Numbered from the stretch's first letter, positions 15,259 to 24,839 are shown. The stretch is DNA of 33,696 nucleotides from a virus (IMGVR_UViG_3300043432_000128:1-33696), one strand, 5' to 3'. Numbers and translations: made by a program. Notes: generated by a model from the letters alone, not told the origin.

Positions 15259-15570
15259 TTACTTGCTGAAGCGACAAACGTGCGGGAGCGACGCGCTAAG
15301 CGCCGCCGTCGCCTCCGCGCTCTTTGTCATGGCCGCGGTGTTGCGGTCGATCGTTTCGCCCATCGCCGCGGTGTGCACCTGCATCGCCTCGGCGTGGTCG
15401 GCCGCCATCGCGCGCATCGCCTCGGCCGCCTCCTTCGCCTGGGCGCGCATATCCTGGCTGTGCCGCCACGCGATCACGACCAGGACGACGAGCGCGGCGA
15501 TCGCCACGCCGGTCCCGCCGTATTGGGCGAGGGGCGTCAGCGCGGATGATGCTTGCGTGATCGGTTCCAT
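15259..15570 (-). CDS. Single-TM coiled-coil protein (holin-like)
   Basis: Start re-called at 15570. QYGGTGVAIAALVVLVVIAW then an Ala-rich coil. Lies between the tail fibre and the peptidase. Confidence 0.6.
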   Translation of the reverse strand: MEPITQASSALTPLAQYGGTGVAIAALVVLVVIAWRHSQDMRAQAKEAAEAMRAMAADHAEAMQVHTAAMGETIDRNTAAMTKSAEATAALSASLPHVCRFSK

Positions 15571-15581
15571 ACGTCGTTTTT

Positions 15582-17093
15582 TTAGATCGTCGGAAGGATC
15601 AGAAGGCGCGTCGTCGTGATCGCAATGCCGACCTTTTTGCTGTTCGATCCGGCCGACGTGCCGATGCTGCCGGGCGTGGCGTTGACGTAATACGTCGATC
15701 CGATCGTCAGCCCGCTGAAACCGTCGAGGACGCTGCCGAATTGTACGATGACGTCGGCGCCGCCGGCGGCCGATGCGACGGCGAAGCCGCAGAAGTTGTT
15801 CGTGAGGTTCGCTACGTCGCTGTCGGCCTTGTACGCCTTGCCGGCCACGGTGACGAGCTGCACCAGCATTCTGATGTCGGTGCCGGCGTTCTCCGCCCAG
15901 GTGCCGGTCGACTGGGTGCGGGTCCACATATTCCCGCTCGCGTACGGGTTCGTGCTGGTCGCGTTGATGTCGACGTAATGGCTGGTACTCAGCGCGCCGG
16001 CGCGTTCGATGACGAACCAGTAGGTCGTGCCGTTCGCCAGGTTGATCGCCTGGTTTAGGATCAGCGTGTTGTCGCCGTTCACAAACGACGTGCCCGGCTG
16101 GGTGAAGGACGCGAGGAACGTCCCGCTCGGCGCGCCGGCGCTGTCGGCCTGGATCCCGACGGTGTAGTTATCGCTCGGCGAGCCGGCGTTGTTCGAGCAG
16201 TTGAGGACGATCCGATCGTAATCGTTCCCATCGCCCACGATCTTCTGCGCGCGCTTCTCTTGCGAGTCGGAACGACCGACCGGCGCGTTCGTGTTCGACG
16301 TGGTGGCGATCGTGATCGTGTTGAGCGTCGTTCCGGCGATACCGACCGCCACCGCGTTGTTGGCGGTGATCGACTGTCCGGCCGAAAGCGGCATCCGCGC
16401 CGGCATGACGTTCGCCGGCAGGCTGGTCAGGTGGAAAACGCCGAGCGTCGCGTCGTAGATCATCTCGAGGATCTGTCCCGCGACGAAGTCGCCGTCGTCG
16501 AGGTCGACGGTGCCGCCGTGCTTCTTGATCGACTTCGCTCCCAGGCTGTTGACGTTGACCGATGCCGGCCCCGTGTTGCGCGCATCGGGCTTCACGCGCA
16601 GCGGCATCCCGGCGGTATATGCCGCGGGGACCGGGTCGAGCGTGACCACCAGCGTGTCGTTCCCCGTCACGCTCGCGGCGTAGCAGGGCGTCTGCTGCTG
16701 GACCGCCTTCGCGCTGTTATCAGAAAGACCGGCGATCACGATCCACGCGTCGGCGTCGGTGTCCCACGTGATTAGGTATTTCCGGCCGCTCAGGAAGTCG
16801 TTCGCTGCGAGCGCGACCAGCGCACCGCTCACCAGCTTCTTGATCGTCTTCGCTCCGTACGTCGTGCTGCCAAGGGTCAGGTTGAACGTCGAGGTGTCGG
16901 TGTTGGAAAAGTTGGCCTCGAGCAGCACGCACGTCCCGTCGACAAGCGCCGCGGGTTCGTCGCCATCGTTCCCGCCGAGGTCGAAGTCGCCGAGGTACGC
17001 GTTGGCGGACCCGGTACCGACGATCCGCATGATGCCGGATCCTGCCAGCTTTTTTGCGGACGCTTCTTCGCCTGTCTGCCAGGGGTATCCCAT
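15582..17093 (-). CDS. Tail fibre / receptor-binding protein
   Basis: 503 aa, Gly/Ser/Thr/Asn-rich. Fibre motif NTGPASVNVNSLGAKSIKK. Distal tail position. Confidence 0.8.
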   Translation of the reverse strand: MGYPWQTGEEASAKKLAGSGIMRIVGTGSANAYLGDFDLGGNDGDEPAALVDGTCVLLEANFSNTDTSTFNLTLGSTTYGAKTIKKLVSGALVALAANDFLSGRKYLITWDTDADAWIVIAGLSDNSAKAVQQQTPCYAASVTGNDTLVVTLDPVPAAYTAGMPLRVKPDARNTGPASVNVNSLGAKSIKKHGGTVDLDDGDFVAGQILEMIYDATLGVFHLTSLPANVMPARMPLSAGQSITANNAVAVGIAGTTLNTITIATTSNTNAPVGRSDSQEKRAQKIVGDGNDYDRIVLNCSNNAGSPSDNYTVGIQADSAGAPSGTFLASFTQPGTSFVNGDNTLILNQAINLANGTTYWFVIERAGALSTSHYVDINATSTNPYASGNMWTRTQSTGTWAENAGTDIRMLVQLVTVAGKAYKADSDVANLTNNFCGFAVASAAGGADVIVQFGSVLDGFSGLTIGSTYYVNATPGSIGTSAGSNSKKVGIAITTTRLLILPTI

Positions 17094-17094
17094 A

Positions 17095-17331
17095 TCAGGT
17101 GCGGGTTATTGTCACCGCGGTCTCCGCGGCGATGTGGTCGGAAAGGCGCGACGTCGCCGTCGCCAGCACCTCGGCCGTGCTGTCGGCCGCGATCTCCGTC
17201 CCCTCGCCCTCCCCCTCGAACACGACCTGGTCGACCTCGACCTGGCCGCGGACGTCGGCGTTCAGGAACGACAAAACGCGCAGCGCTGCGCGGAAGTCGT
17301 TCGGGGTGATCTTCAGGGTGATCCGCTTCAT
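17095..17331 (-). CDS. Small hypothetical tail-region protein
   Basis: 78 aa, tightly packed between tail genes. Confidence 0.6.
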   Translation of the reverse strand: MKRITLKITPNDFRAALRVLSFLNADVRGQVEVDQVVFEGEGEGTEIAADSTAEVLATATSRLSDHIAAETAVTITRT

Positions 17332-17927
17332 ACGTCGTTCGAGAATTCATCCTCGTAGTCGATCGTCAGCGACTGGATGCCGGTCTTCGTGATCGACGTC
17401 AGCGATCGGTCCCACAGCGTGCCGTCGTCCGGCGTGCCTTCGTCGGCGTCCATGAAAAGACCCATCTCGGTGTGCGTGCCGACCGCCTCGGCCAATCCGT
17501 AGAACGCGGTGTAGTACGCCTTGGCGCCGGAATAGCTGCGGCTCGCCAGCAGCACGCGCGCGACCTCCCCCTCGAGCGTGGTGTCGCTCGCGTCCGGCGG
17601 CGTGGATCCGTTGCCCAGCGCGTGGACGTTCACGCCGATCTCGTCGACGCTGCCGAGGTTGCCGCTCAGCGCTTTGGTCAGGACCGCGAAGCCGACGGTC
17701 GGCGTGATGTTCTCGAACACCTGGCGGCGCGACGGCGCGATGCCGTACTCGTCGAGCAGGATCCGGGCGCGGTCGGCGAAGCTGAAGCGGTTCGTGTCGA
17801 GCAGCTCGGGGCGGTTCTTGACCGCCACCTCGAGGCGGCGGCCGATCTCCCCGTCGAACCACGAAACGACGCCGATGCGCTTCACCGGCTTCTTCTCCTG
17901 GACGGTTTTTGCGTTGGGGTCCTGCAT
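17328..17927 (-). CDS. Baseplate / tail-fibre attachment protein
   Basis: ENITPTVG...ALGNGSTPPDASDTTLEGEVAR...EAVGTHTEMGLF...ITKT pattern of tail-collar/upper baseplate proteins. Confidence 0.7.
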   Translation of the reverse strand: MQDPNAKTVQEKKPVKRIGVVSWFDGEIGRRLEVAVKNRPELLDTNRFSFADRARILLDEYGIAPSRRQVFENITPTVGFAVLTKALSGNLGSVDEIGVNVHALGNGSTPPDASDTTLEGEVARVLLASRSYSGAKAYYTAFYGLAEAVGTHTEMGLFMDADEGTPDDGTLWDRSLTSITKTGIQSLTIDYEDEFSNDV

Positions 17928-17934
17928 ACTTTTT

Positions 17935-19437
17935 TTATGATACCAGACAGCCCCTGTCCGCGAACAGCACGCGCTTCCGATCGGCCAGGGATGACGGAAT
18001 ATAAGGCCCGGCGACCCATATCGGCGGATCGTCGATGTAGGTCAGGGTATCGCGTGCCACCAGGAGCGGCCGGCTCACGTCGACGGCCGTCCTGATGCTC
18101 GAGGTCCGGCTGACGAGGATCGCGCGGTTCACCCGTTCGGCCGTGGTGATGACCTGATCGCTCGGCGACTCGACGCGCCGGCCGCGGATGATCTCGGCCA
18201 GGAGGTCGATCAGCTCGTAGGTCTTCACGCTCACGACCTCGACGCGCCACTCCATCCGCTCCGGGCTGATCACCGTGCCGTTCATCCGCTGGATCACGAA
18301 GTCCGCGCTGAACGCGTCGACGTCGCTGCTGATCGTGATCTTTTGCCCGGGCGACAGGCCCTGCTCGTAGGTGGTGAAGGATCCCTCGCGCAGCCGCCGG
18401 GCGTACGCGCTGATCTCCGCGAGCGCGCGGTTGCCGGCGTCGGCCCGGCTCTTGATCGTCGGGTCCTGGATGAAATGCTGGCGCTCCCCGTATGCGCCGA
18501 GGGACGTCAGCTCGCGGTACCGCACCGCGATCGGGAAATAGTACGGCGCGGTGATCTCGATCTCGAGGCCGGCGCCGGGCGGGGACGCGGGATCGAAGTA
18601 CAGCGTGTGAAGGTTGAAATCGTACAGGCAATCGAAATCATCGAAGCTGTCGATGTTTTGGATCCCGACCGTCTGCCCCACCGCGTTCACCGTCACGGTG
18701 AGGTCGCTGTATTCGCGCGAAAGCGTGAACGTGTGCTGCACGCCGTCGCCCTCGAACGTGTCGGTTTCCTCGACGGTGCTCAGCTCCTTGCCGCCCTCGA
18801 CCAGGATGCTGTTCCTGATCTGCGAGAAGTCCTCCGCGATCACGAGCGACTCGAACACGTATTTTCCGCCGAGGTCGGTCAGGTTGAACGGCGCGGCCTC
18901 GGTCAGCTTGCTGAAGAAGTGGACGTCCTTGTCCTGGTCGATGAACCACTCGCACCCGAGGACGTCGGCCAGCTTTTGGATCGCCTCGCTCGGCGCGACG
19001 TTGTTGAAGCTGATCGAGGTGATCGCCAGCGCGGCGTCCGGGTCGACGGCCGTGGTGGTGATGCCGGCGCCGCCGTAGTTGGTCACGATGTCGTCGATGA
19101 TCTCGGCCGCGGTCTGCGCCTCGTACCCGACGTTCACGAGCTTGCGATCGAGAAGGTGGACGTAATTTTTCAGCTCGCACTGGTACGTCACGACGTGGCC
19201 CTGCTCCGTGCTGCGCGTCACGCGGGTCATGTACCCGCCGAAGATCTTCGTGTTGCCGGCGTCGGTGTCCCACCAGATCGCCACCTCCTGCTCGCCGGCC
19301 GGGGTGAACTTGGATCCGTAGCGGTCAATCGAAAGCCGGGCGGTGGTGGCCTCCTTGGTCGTCCCCAGCGTGATGTGGACGGACCCGGCCTTCACCGCCT
19401 CGGTTCGATCGACCCCGTCGATGACGACGCGCAGCAT
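17935..19437 (-). CDS. Tail tip / baseplate hub protein
   Basis: Directly follows the tape measure. AIQKLAD..G.EWFID.DKDVHFF, IRNSILVEG and GLSPGQKITI hub-like motifs. Confidence 0.75.
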   Translation of the reverse strand: MLRVVIDGVDRTEAVKAGSVHITLGTTKEATTARLSIDRYGSKFTPAGEQEVAIWWDTDAGNTKIFGGYMTRVTRSTEQGHVVTYQCELKNYVHLLDRKLVNVGYEAQTAAEIIDDIVTNYGGAGITTTAVDPDAALAITSISFNNVAPSEAIQKLADVLGCEWFIDQDKDVHFFSKLTEAAPFNLTDLGGKYVFESLVIAEDFSQIRNSILVEGGKELSTVEETDTFEGDGVQHTFTLSREYSDLTVTVNAVGQTVGIQNIDSFDDFDCLYDFNLHTLYFDPASPPGAGLEIEITAPYYFPIAVRYRELTSLGAYGERQHFIQDPTIKSRADAGNRALAEISAYARRLREGSFTTYEQGLSPGQKITISSDVDAFSADFVIQRMNGTVISPERMEWRVEVVSVKTYELIDLLAEIIRGRRVESPSDQVITTAERVNRAILVSRTSSIRTAVDVSRPLLVARDTLTYIDDPPIWVAGPYIPSSLADRKRVLFADRGCLVS

Positions 19438-19449
19438 ATTGGGTATCGG

Positions 19450-20994
19450 TTACAAGCGGATGTTGCGCTTCGCGTACTTCACGATCGCGTCGCCCAGCGC
19501 CTGGGCCGCCTGGTCGGCGTTGCCGAGGAAGCTGTTCCCGGTGATGTAGATCGTCATGCCGCCGGCGCCGGCCAGGCCGATGTTCGGCACGATCGAGCCG
19601 GATCCGCCCGGGACGAAAAGCTCCGGGCCGCGCTCGCCGACCAGGTACGCGGTGCCGCCGGTGACGGGTCCGCCGCCGGCGCGCGCGCCGCCGAAGCCGA
19701 GGTTCGCGCCGAGGTTTGCGAAGGACGTCGATACCGTGCTCGCCGCGCTCTTGATCTTCGACAGGAAGCTGTCGATGCGCTGCGTCACCGCGTCGATCGT
19801 CCCGACGATCGCGCTCTTGATGCCGTCCCACACCGCGACGGCCGTGGCCTTCGTTTCCTCCCAGATCTGTTTCAGGTTGTCCTTCGCGTTGACCCACGCG
19901 GTGATCGCCTTCCCGGTCCAGTCGATCCACACCGCGATCATCTTCACCAGGAGGTCGATCGCGCCGAGGACGGCGAGGATCGCAACGACGACGACGGCGC
20001 CGAGGAACTGCGCCATCGCCTCGAAGACCGGCTTGTTCTGCTGGACGATCGCCATCAAGTTGCGCCATGCCGGCACGAGCGTGCCCTGGATCGTCGCGTT
20101 CAGCTGCTCGAGGGCCGCGCGGATCAGGGCGACGGCGCCGACGTCCTCGAGCACGCGCCATGCCGCGGTCGCGGTGTCGATCAACCAGCGGATCGAAGCG
20201 ACCAGGATGTCGAGCACCTGGGGAAGCGTTTCGCCAAGCCATGCCGCGAAGACCTGGAAGCGCGGGAGCGCGTCGTCGACCAGCTTCGTGATCGTCGGCG
20301 CGACGGCGCTGCCGACGGTCAGGGCGATGCCCTGGAACGCGGTCTTGAGGTACCCGAGCGCGTCGTTCAGCTGCGCGGCGCGGCCGGCGCTGAGGTCGTC
20401 GAAGCTGACGCCCAGCTCCTTCGCCTTCTTGCTCCATTCGGCCATCGAAAACTGCCCGCCCTCGAAAAGCGGGAGCAGGTCGGTGCCGGCCTTGCCGAAC
20501 GCGTCGAACGCTTTCTGCGCGCGCTGGGCCGGATCCTTCGTCGATGCGATCGCGTTCCCGAGCGCGGCGAACTGCTCGTCCGGCTTCATGGCCTGGAAGC
20601 GCTCGAGGGAAACGCCGATGTCCTTCGTGATCACCCGGCCGAGGCCGCTGCCTTCCTTGCTCGCGTCGGCCATCGTGATCTGCATCTTTTTGACGGCCGC
20701 CTCGACGGTCTCGATGCTGGTGCCGCTTGCGTCGGCCGCGACACGGAGGGCGCTCACGCTCTCGGCCGCGAGGCCGGTGCGCTTGCTCATCTTCTCCACG
20801 GCGTCGCCGACGTCCGCGAACTGCTTCGCGGCCGCCACCGCAAAGGTGCCGGCCGCGATCGCTGCGGCTCCGACGGCGACGGCCGCCGTCTTGGCCGCCT
20901 TCATAACGCCGTCGAGGTTGATGCCGATCTTTTGCAGCTCCTTGCTGACCTCGTCGCGGAGGTCAATGATCGTTTCGAGGCGTGCGGTTGCCAT
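19450..20994 (-). CDS. Tape measure protein
   Basis: 514 aa, helical and Ala-rich with Trp-spaced repeats. C-terminal RAGGGPV..G..YLVGERGPELFVP motif. Confidence 0.9.
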   Translation of the reverse strand: MATARLETIIDLRDEVSKELQKIGINLDGVMKAAKTAAVAVGAAAIAAGTFAVAAAKQFADVGDAVEKMSKRTGLAAESVSALRVAADASGTSIETVEAAVKKMQITMADASKEGSGLGRVITKDIGVSLERFQAMKPDEQFAALGNAIASTKDPAQRAQKAFDAFGKAGTDLLPLFEGGQFSMAEWSKKAKELGVSFDDLSAGRAAQLNDALGYLKTAFQGIALTVGSAVAPTITKLVDDALPRFQVFAAWLGETLPQVLDILVASIRWLIDTATAAWRVLEDVGAVALIRAALEQLNATIQGTLVPAWRNLMAIVQQNKPVFEAMAQFLGAVVVVAILAVLGAIDLLVKMIAVWIDWTGKAITAWVNAKDNLKQIWEETKATAVAVWDGIKSAIVGTIDAVTQRIDSFLSKIKSAASTVSTSFANLGANLGFGGARAGGGPVTGGTAYLVGERGPELFVPGGSGSIVPNIGLAGAGGMTIYITGNSFLGNADQAAQALGDAIVKYAKRNIRL

Positions 20995-21005
20995 AGGGGT
21001 TTCGG

Positions 21006-21224
21006 TTAGCGGCGCTGCTGGGCCTTGGCGGCCGCCTCGCGCTCGAGCGCGCGCCGGGTGGCGATGATCTCCAGGTACGCGTCGAGGTCGTGCGCGTCGA
21101 TCGCGCGCGCCTCGTCCGGCGTCCAGCCGTACTCGCGGCTAAGGGTCTCCAGGATCACCGCCTCCGACGGCTCGGCCGTCCCCGTCAGCTCGCGCCTCAG
21201 CTGGCCGGGGTCTCGGCTTTTGGG
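21006..21224 (-). CDS. Tail assembly chaperone GT extension (expressed by -1 frameshift)
   Basis: No start of its own. The -1 frame encodes LSREYGWTPDEARAID, a tail chaperone motif. Slippery C CCA AAA at 21224-21218. Confidence 0.75.
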   Translation of the reverse strand, partial: PKSRDPGQLRRELTGTAEPSEAVILETLSREYGWTPDEARAIDAHDLDAYLEIIATRRALEREAAAKAQQRR

Positions 21225-21574
21225 GATGTGCGGATCCCGTCGACCGCGGCGCACAGGACGTCGCCGTCCTCGGCCGTCAGGCCCTCGAACCACGCGCGGG
21301 TGAACGGGTGCTCCGTGTCGTCCTTCTCGCGGACGCTGACGACGATCTGCTCGAGCGCGACCAGCGCTTCCTCGGTCTGCGCGTCGAAGTCGTATCCCTC
21401 GAGCTGCGGCTCGAACTTGTCCTTGCTCACGCGGTCGAACTTCACCTTGACGCCGTCGCGGATCGCCTTCTTGATCTTCTCGCGCGCGCCCCAGGTGAGC
21501 TTGGCGCGGATCTTCGCGGTCGCGCCGGCGTCGGGGAGCAGTACGTCCCTGGTCTCGATGTTTGCGTCTGGCAT
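21197..21574 (-). CDS. Tail assembly chaperone (G protein)
   Basis: 125 aa between tail tube and tape measure. CACGACCATG start. Confidence 0.8.
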   Translation of the reverse strand: MPDANIETRDVLLPDAGATAKIRAKLTWGAREKIKKAIRDGVKVKFDRVSKDKFEPQLEGYDFDAQTEEALVALEQIVVSVREKDDTEHPFTRAWFEGLTAEDGDVLCAAVDGIRTSPKAETPAS

Positions 21575-21594
21575 GGTCGTGCGGTTTGGGTTTC

Positions 21595-22614
21595 TTAGCT
21601 CGCGTCGTGGTCGTAGTCCTCGCGTCCGTTGACGAGCGCAACGCGCACGGCGTAGCCGGCGGTCGCGTCGTAGTGGGCCGTGAACTCCAGCGACTCGGCC
21701 GCGATGTCGTCGATCGGGCGATCGAAGTCGTTCGCCTCGAACGTCACGTTGGGGAAGGTGAAGGTGATCGACGGGTGGATCGCGGTCGCCGCGATGTTCA
21801 CGTCGCTGCGGGTGATGACGACCTGGGCGGCGCGGATCGTGCCGGCCTTGAACAGGTCGTACAGTGTGGTGTCGTCGACGTCGATCTTGATCTTGCCGCC
21901 GGCGGTGACCACGGTGGCGATCACGTTACCGGGGTTCAGCTCGTCGACCGCCTGGTCCGGCCGCGCGCCGTTGGCGATCTCGATGCCCAGCTCCTTGACG
22001 CGGGTCGCGGTGGCGGCGCCGAGGCCGGCGACGTTCGCCGCGAACTTCACGCTGACGTCGTAGTGGCGGAAGAAGACGTCGGTGGCGAGCTGCGCGTCGA
22101 GGGCGGTGGTGTCGAACGTGGTCGCCTCGTCTTCCGATCGGGCGATCAGCGGCACGGTCGCCTTGACCAGGTCGCCGGGGACGATCTCGATCGCCAGCGA
22201 TGCCGGCAGCGCGCCGGGGTACTCGTAGTCCTGGACGCCGGGCTGGTGGAGCGCGGCGGTGATCGTCGGGTGCTCGGGATCCTCGGCGAGGACGTCGAAC
22301 TGGTGGTCGACGACGCCGCTCTGGCCGACGCGGGGGGTGCTGGTGACGTCGCCGAGCAGCGCCTTCAGGAAGAAGCCGATCGTTTCGGCGCGGACGTTGA
22401 ACTCGACCGGGCCTTCCGCGTGGCTCATGGCGATGTCGGATCCGCTCGAGGCGATCTTGCTGCCGCGGGTCTCCTTCACCAGGACCTTGTTAAGCACGGC
22501 CTTGATGCCGGACGGGGCGCGTGCCGGGATCCACGCCTGGGGTGCGACCGCGGTGCCGCGGGCGTTCGGGTCCTCGACGCCGACGCCGATGATGATGTCT
22601 TCTCCACGAAGCAT
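21595..22614 (-). CDS. Major tail tube protein
   Basis: 339 aa, beta-rich, IGVGVE...GTAVAP N-terminus, canonical position. Confidence 0.8.
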   Translation of the reverse strand: MLRGEDIIIGVGVEDPNARGTAVAPQAWIPARAPSGIKAVLNKVLVKETRGSKIASSGSDIAMSHAEGPVEFNVRAETIGFFLKALLGDVTSTPRVGQSGVVDHQFDVLAEDPEHPTITAALHQPGVQDYEYPGALPASLAIEIVPGDLVKATVPLIARSEDEATTFDTTALDAQLATDVFFRHYDVSVKFAANVAGLGAATATRVKELGIEIANGARPDQAVDELNPGNVIATVVTAGGKIKIDVDDTTLYDLFKAGTIRAAQVVITRSDVNIAATAIHPSITFTFPNVTFEANDFDRPIDDIAAESLEFTAHYDATAGYAVRVALVNGREDYDHDAS

Positions 22615-22639
22615 AGGGGTGTTGGTTAATTCCGTTTTG

Positions 22640-22648
22640 AGTATAGCA
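22640..22648 (-). promoter_or_regulatory. Extended -10 promoter TGCTATACT upstream of the tail tube gene
   Basis: Intergenic; same TGCTAT core as 27168-27176 and 32869-32877. Confidence 0.6.
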
Positions 22649-22653
22649 CGGGA

Positions 22654-23073
22654 TCAGTTGCGGACGTAACGCACCGCCTTGATCTTCACGACGGCGATGC
22701 GATCGGTCCCGTTGGCGCGTTCGGCGTATCCCCACACGCTGGGGGCCGGCGTGCACCACTCGGCCGCGGATCCGAGCGCGGTGCGGTCCCGGAAAAGGGT
22801 CAGGACCTCGTCGACCGCCTTCTCGAGCGCGATGTCGGCGGCGTCTTGGCCCTCGGTGAAAGGGTACAGCAGCCGGACGTTGAACACGAAGGTCTCCTTG
22901 TTCGACGCCGGCGCGGTTTCGTGGTAGTCGGCCTCGCTCTCCGACGGCGAAACGATCGCCACGGGGTACCCGGCGACCACGGATCGGTCGGTGCGGTAGA
23001 CCTCCTGGATCGTTTCGGCGTCCTCGAGCTTGTCGACGATCGCTGCGCGGATGTCCGCGAACTCTTGGGCCAT
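22654..23073 (-). CDS. Tail terminator / completion protein
   Basis: 139 aa, IRAAIVDKL....YPVAIV pattern, immediately upstream of the tail tube gene. Confidence 0.65.
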   Translation of the reverse strand: MAQEFADIRAAIVDKLEDAETIQEVYRTDRSVVAGYPVAIVSPSESEADYHETAPASNKETFVFNVRLLYPFTEGQDAADIALEKAVDEVLTLFRDRTALGSAAEWCTPAPSVWGYAERANGTDRIAVVKIKAVRYVRN

Positions 23074-23085
23074 ATTTCTTGGGGG

Positions 23086-23571
23086 TTAATCGGCCAGCCA
23101 GTTGACCACGTCCTCCGCGGCGCGGCCGAGGATCTTCACGATGCCTTCCTCGCTCTGCTCCGCGGCGCGCTTCATAAACGGGTTGTGCTTGATGCCCTTC
23201 CGGCGGATCGACGCGCGGACCGCCCAGGGGTTCATGCCCTTCTTCTTCGCCCAGCGGTAAAGGGTCCCGCCGGGCTGCGCCTCGATCTCCGGGATCGTGA
23301 ACGGCCGGGTGCGCTGCGCGATGCCGTCGCCGTGCAGCTTCATGCCGTACTCGAGGTCCGTGAAGATCGCCGCGCGCAAACCCTCCCCGGTGATCTCGCG
23401 CCTGATGCTCTTGCGGAGGTTGCCGACGGATGCCGGCGTTTCCCGGATCGTCGCCTCCATAAGGAACGTCGACGCGTCGAGGACGCCGCGCTCGACAAGC
23501 CGGCGCGCGTTCGACCGTGCGTCCTTCAGCTTGCTGATCAGCTTGCCTTTGAACGTCACGCCGAGCTGCAT
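23086..23571 (-). CDS. HK97 gp10-like neck/tail component
   Basis: Start re-called at 23571. TPASVGNLRKSI...EYG...GIKHNPFMKRA. Confidence 0.8.
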   Translation of the reverse strand: MQLGVTFKGKLISKLKDARSNARRLVERGVLDASTFLMEATIRETPASVGNLRKSIRREITGEGLRAAIFTDLEYGMKLHGDGIAQRTRPFTIPEIEAQPGGTLYRWAKKKGMNPWAVRASIRRKGIKHNPFMKRAAEQSEEGIVKILGRAAEDVVNWLAD

Positions 23572-23582
23572 ATCGTTTCGGG

Positions 23583-23906
23583 TTACTGCGCCGGCGCGAG
23601 GACGAGCGTCGCCTCGAGGCGGCGGAACGGTCCGTCGCCCTGGCGCGTCACGCCCTTCACGTCGAACGTGTCGCCGCCGCCGGTCAGCCGCATCCCGATC
23701 GCCAGCGATGACGCGACGTCGTCGCTGAAGAAGCGGAACACTTTCCCGTACTCCCCGTCGCTCAAGGCCGCGAACTCGGCCGGCGCGACCTCGGTCGAAC
23801 CGGCGATGACCAGGCCGGTGTCGGCGTAGGCCAGCTTCTCGCTCCCCGGTTCGGATCCTTCCGGGGCCTCGAGCGCGTGGATGCTGAACGTGCGGAGGTT
23901 GAACAT
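23583..23906 (-). CDS. Head closure (stopper) protein
   Basis: 107 aa, beta-rich, position after the adaptor. Confidence 0.6.
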   Translation of the reverse strand: MFNLRTFSIHALEAPEGSEPGSEKLAYADTGLVIAGSTEVAPAEFAALSDGEYGKVFRFFSDDVASSLAIGMRLTGGGDTFDVKGVTRQGDGPFRRLEATLVLAPAQ

Positions 23907-23909
23907 ACG

Positions 23910-24506
23910 TCAGGCGATGATGATCTTTGCGTGGGTGTCGAGCGTGGCCTGGATCTCCGGGTCCACGTCCTTGGCGAACCCGACGCTGAAGCTGCCGGCG
24001 TTCGCGTTGCTGGTGCCTTCCGCGGTGCTGCGCTCGTATCCGCGGCCGGCGAGCTTCAGCGTGGCGAACTCGATGTCCTCGGGCAGCGTCTGCGCCTGGG
24101 CGTCGCTGCTGTCGTCGGGGAGGACGTAGCCGGCGGTGTACGTCACGCGCACGTTCTGCTCCCCGGCGTCGAAGCCGCGGTCGCGCGTGATGATGCCGGC
24201 GCCGTAGTCGACCGCGGCCTGGCCGGCCTCGATCTCGGCGTCGAGGTCGATCACGGTGCCGCCGATCGTGAGGACGATGCCGCTGTCGTCGCTTCCCTCC
24301 TGGACGGGGAACTGGCGGAGCTGGATCTGCGTCGTGTCGTCGCCGTCGTGCTTCTCGACGTGCTCCGCAACGCCGAAGGAGCGGCTGCATTGCCGCTCCA
24401 CGAACGCGCTCGCGCCCTTCAGGATCTTCTCGAGCTTCGCGTCCTTCGACGTGTCGGCCAGCGGGATCCCGAGGTGGTTTTTCAGTCGGTCGACGGTGCT
24501 CAGCAT
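23910..24506 (-). CDS. Head-tail adaptor (gp6/gp15-like)
   Basis: TVDRLKNHLGI...D..LE..L..AS..VE..C.R.F and VRVTYTAGY...LPEDI..A. Confidence 0.85.
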   Translation of the reverse strand: MLSTVDRLKNHLGIPLADTSKDAKLEKILKGASAFVERQCSRSFGVAEHVEKHDGDDTTQIQLRQFPVQEGSDDSGIVLTIGGTVIDLDAEIEAGQAAVDYGAGIITRDRGFDAGEQNVRVTYTAGYVLPDDSSDAQAQTLPEDIEFATLKLAGRGYERSTAEGTSNANAGSFSVGFAKDVDPEIQATLDTHAKIIIA

Positions 24507-24518
24507 AGGCGTTGTCGG

Positions 24519-24839
24519 TTAGCGCTTCTTGCCGCCGGATCGCTTGCGCTTGGGCGCCGCGGGGAGCTGCGGGGCCATGCTCGGCGGCTTCGTGGTGGTG
24601 GTGCCCTTGGCGACCGCGGGGACCGGCTTGGCGGGTCCGCGCGCCGCGTCCTTCGTCCATCCCATGCCGCGCGTGCTGTCGGGGTGGATCACCTTCGTGC
24701 CTTCCGGCCCGGCGACGTCGCGGACGTGATCTGCGAAGCCCTGGCGCACCAGCACCTCGGCCGTGCTGCGTTCGAATGTCGCGGTGTCGCCTGGTGCGTA
24801 GACGTGGTACGCCTGTTTGAACTTGATCACGGATCGCAT
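24519..24839 (-). CDS. Small capsid-downstream protein with basic tail
   Basis: Start re-called at 24839 (CACGACCATG). YAPGDTATF....AEVLVRQGFA. Confidence 0.7.
   Translation of the reverse strand: MRSVIKFKQAYHVYAPGDTATFERSTAEVLVRQGFADHVRDVAGPEGTKVIHPDSTRGMGWTKDAARGPAKPVPAVAKGTTTTKPPSMAPQLPAAPKRKRSGGKKR

Noticed and set aside
15582-17093. Diversity-generating retroelement targeting the tail fibre
   Set aside because: No reverse transcriptase gene and no template/variable repeat pair were seen.
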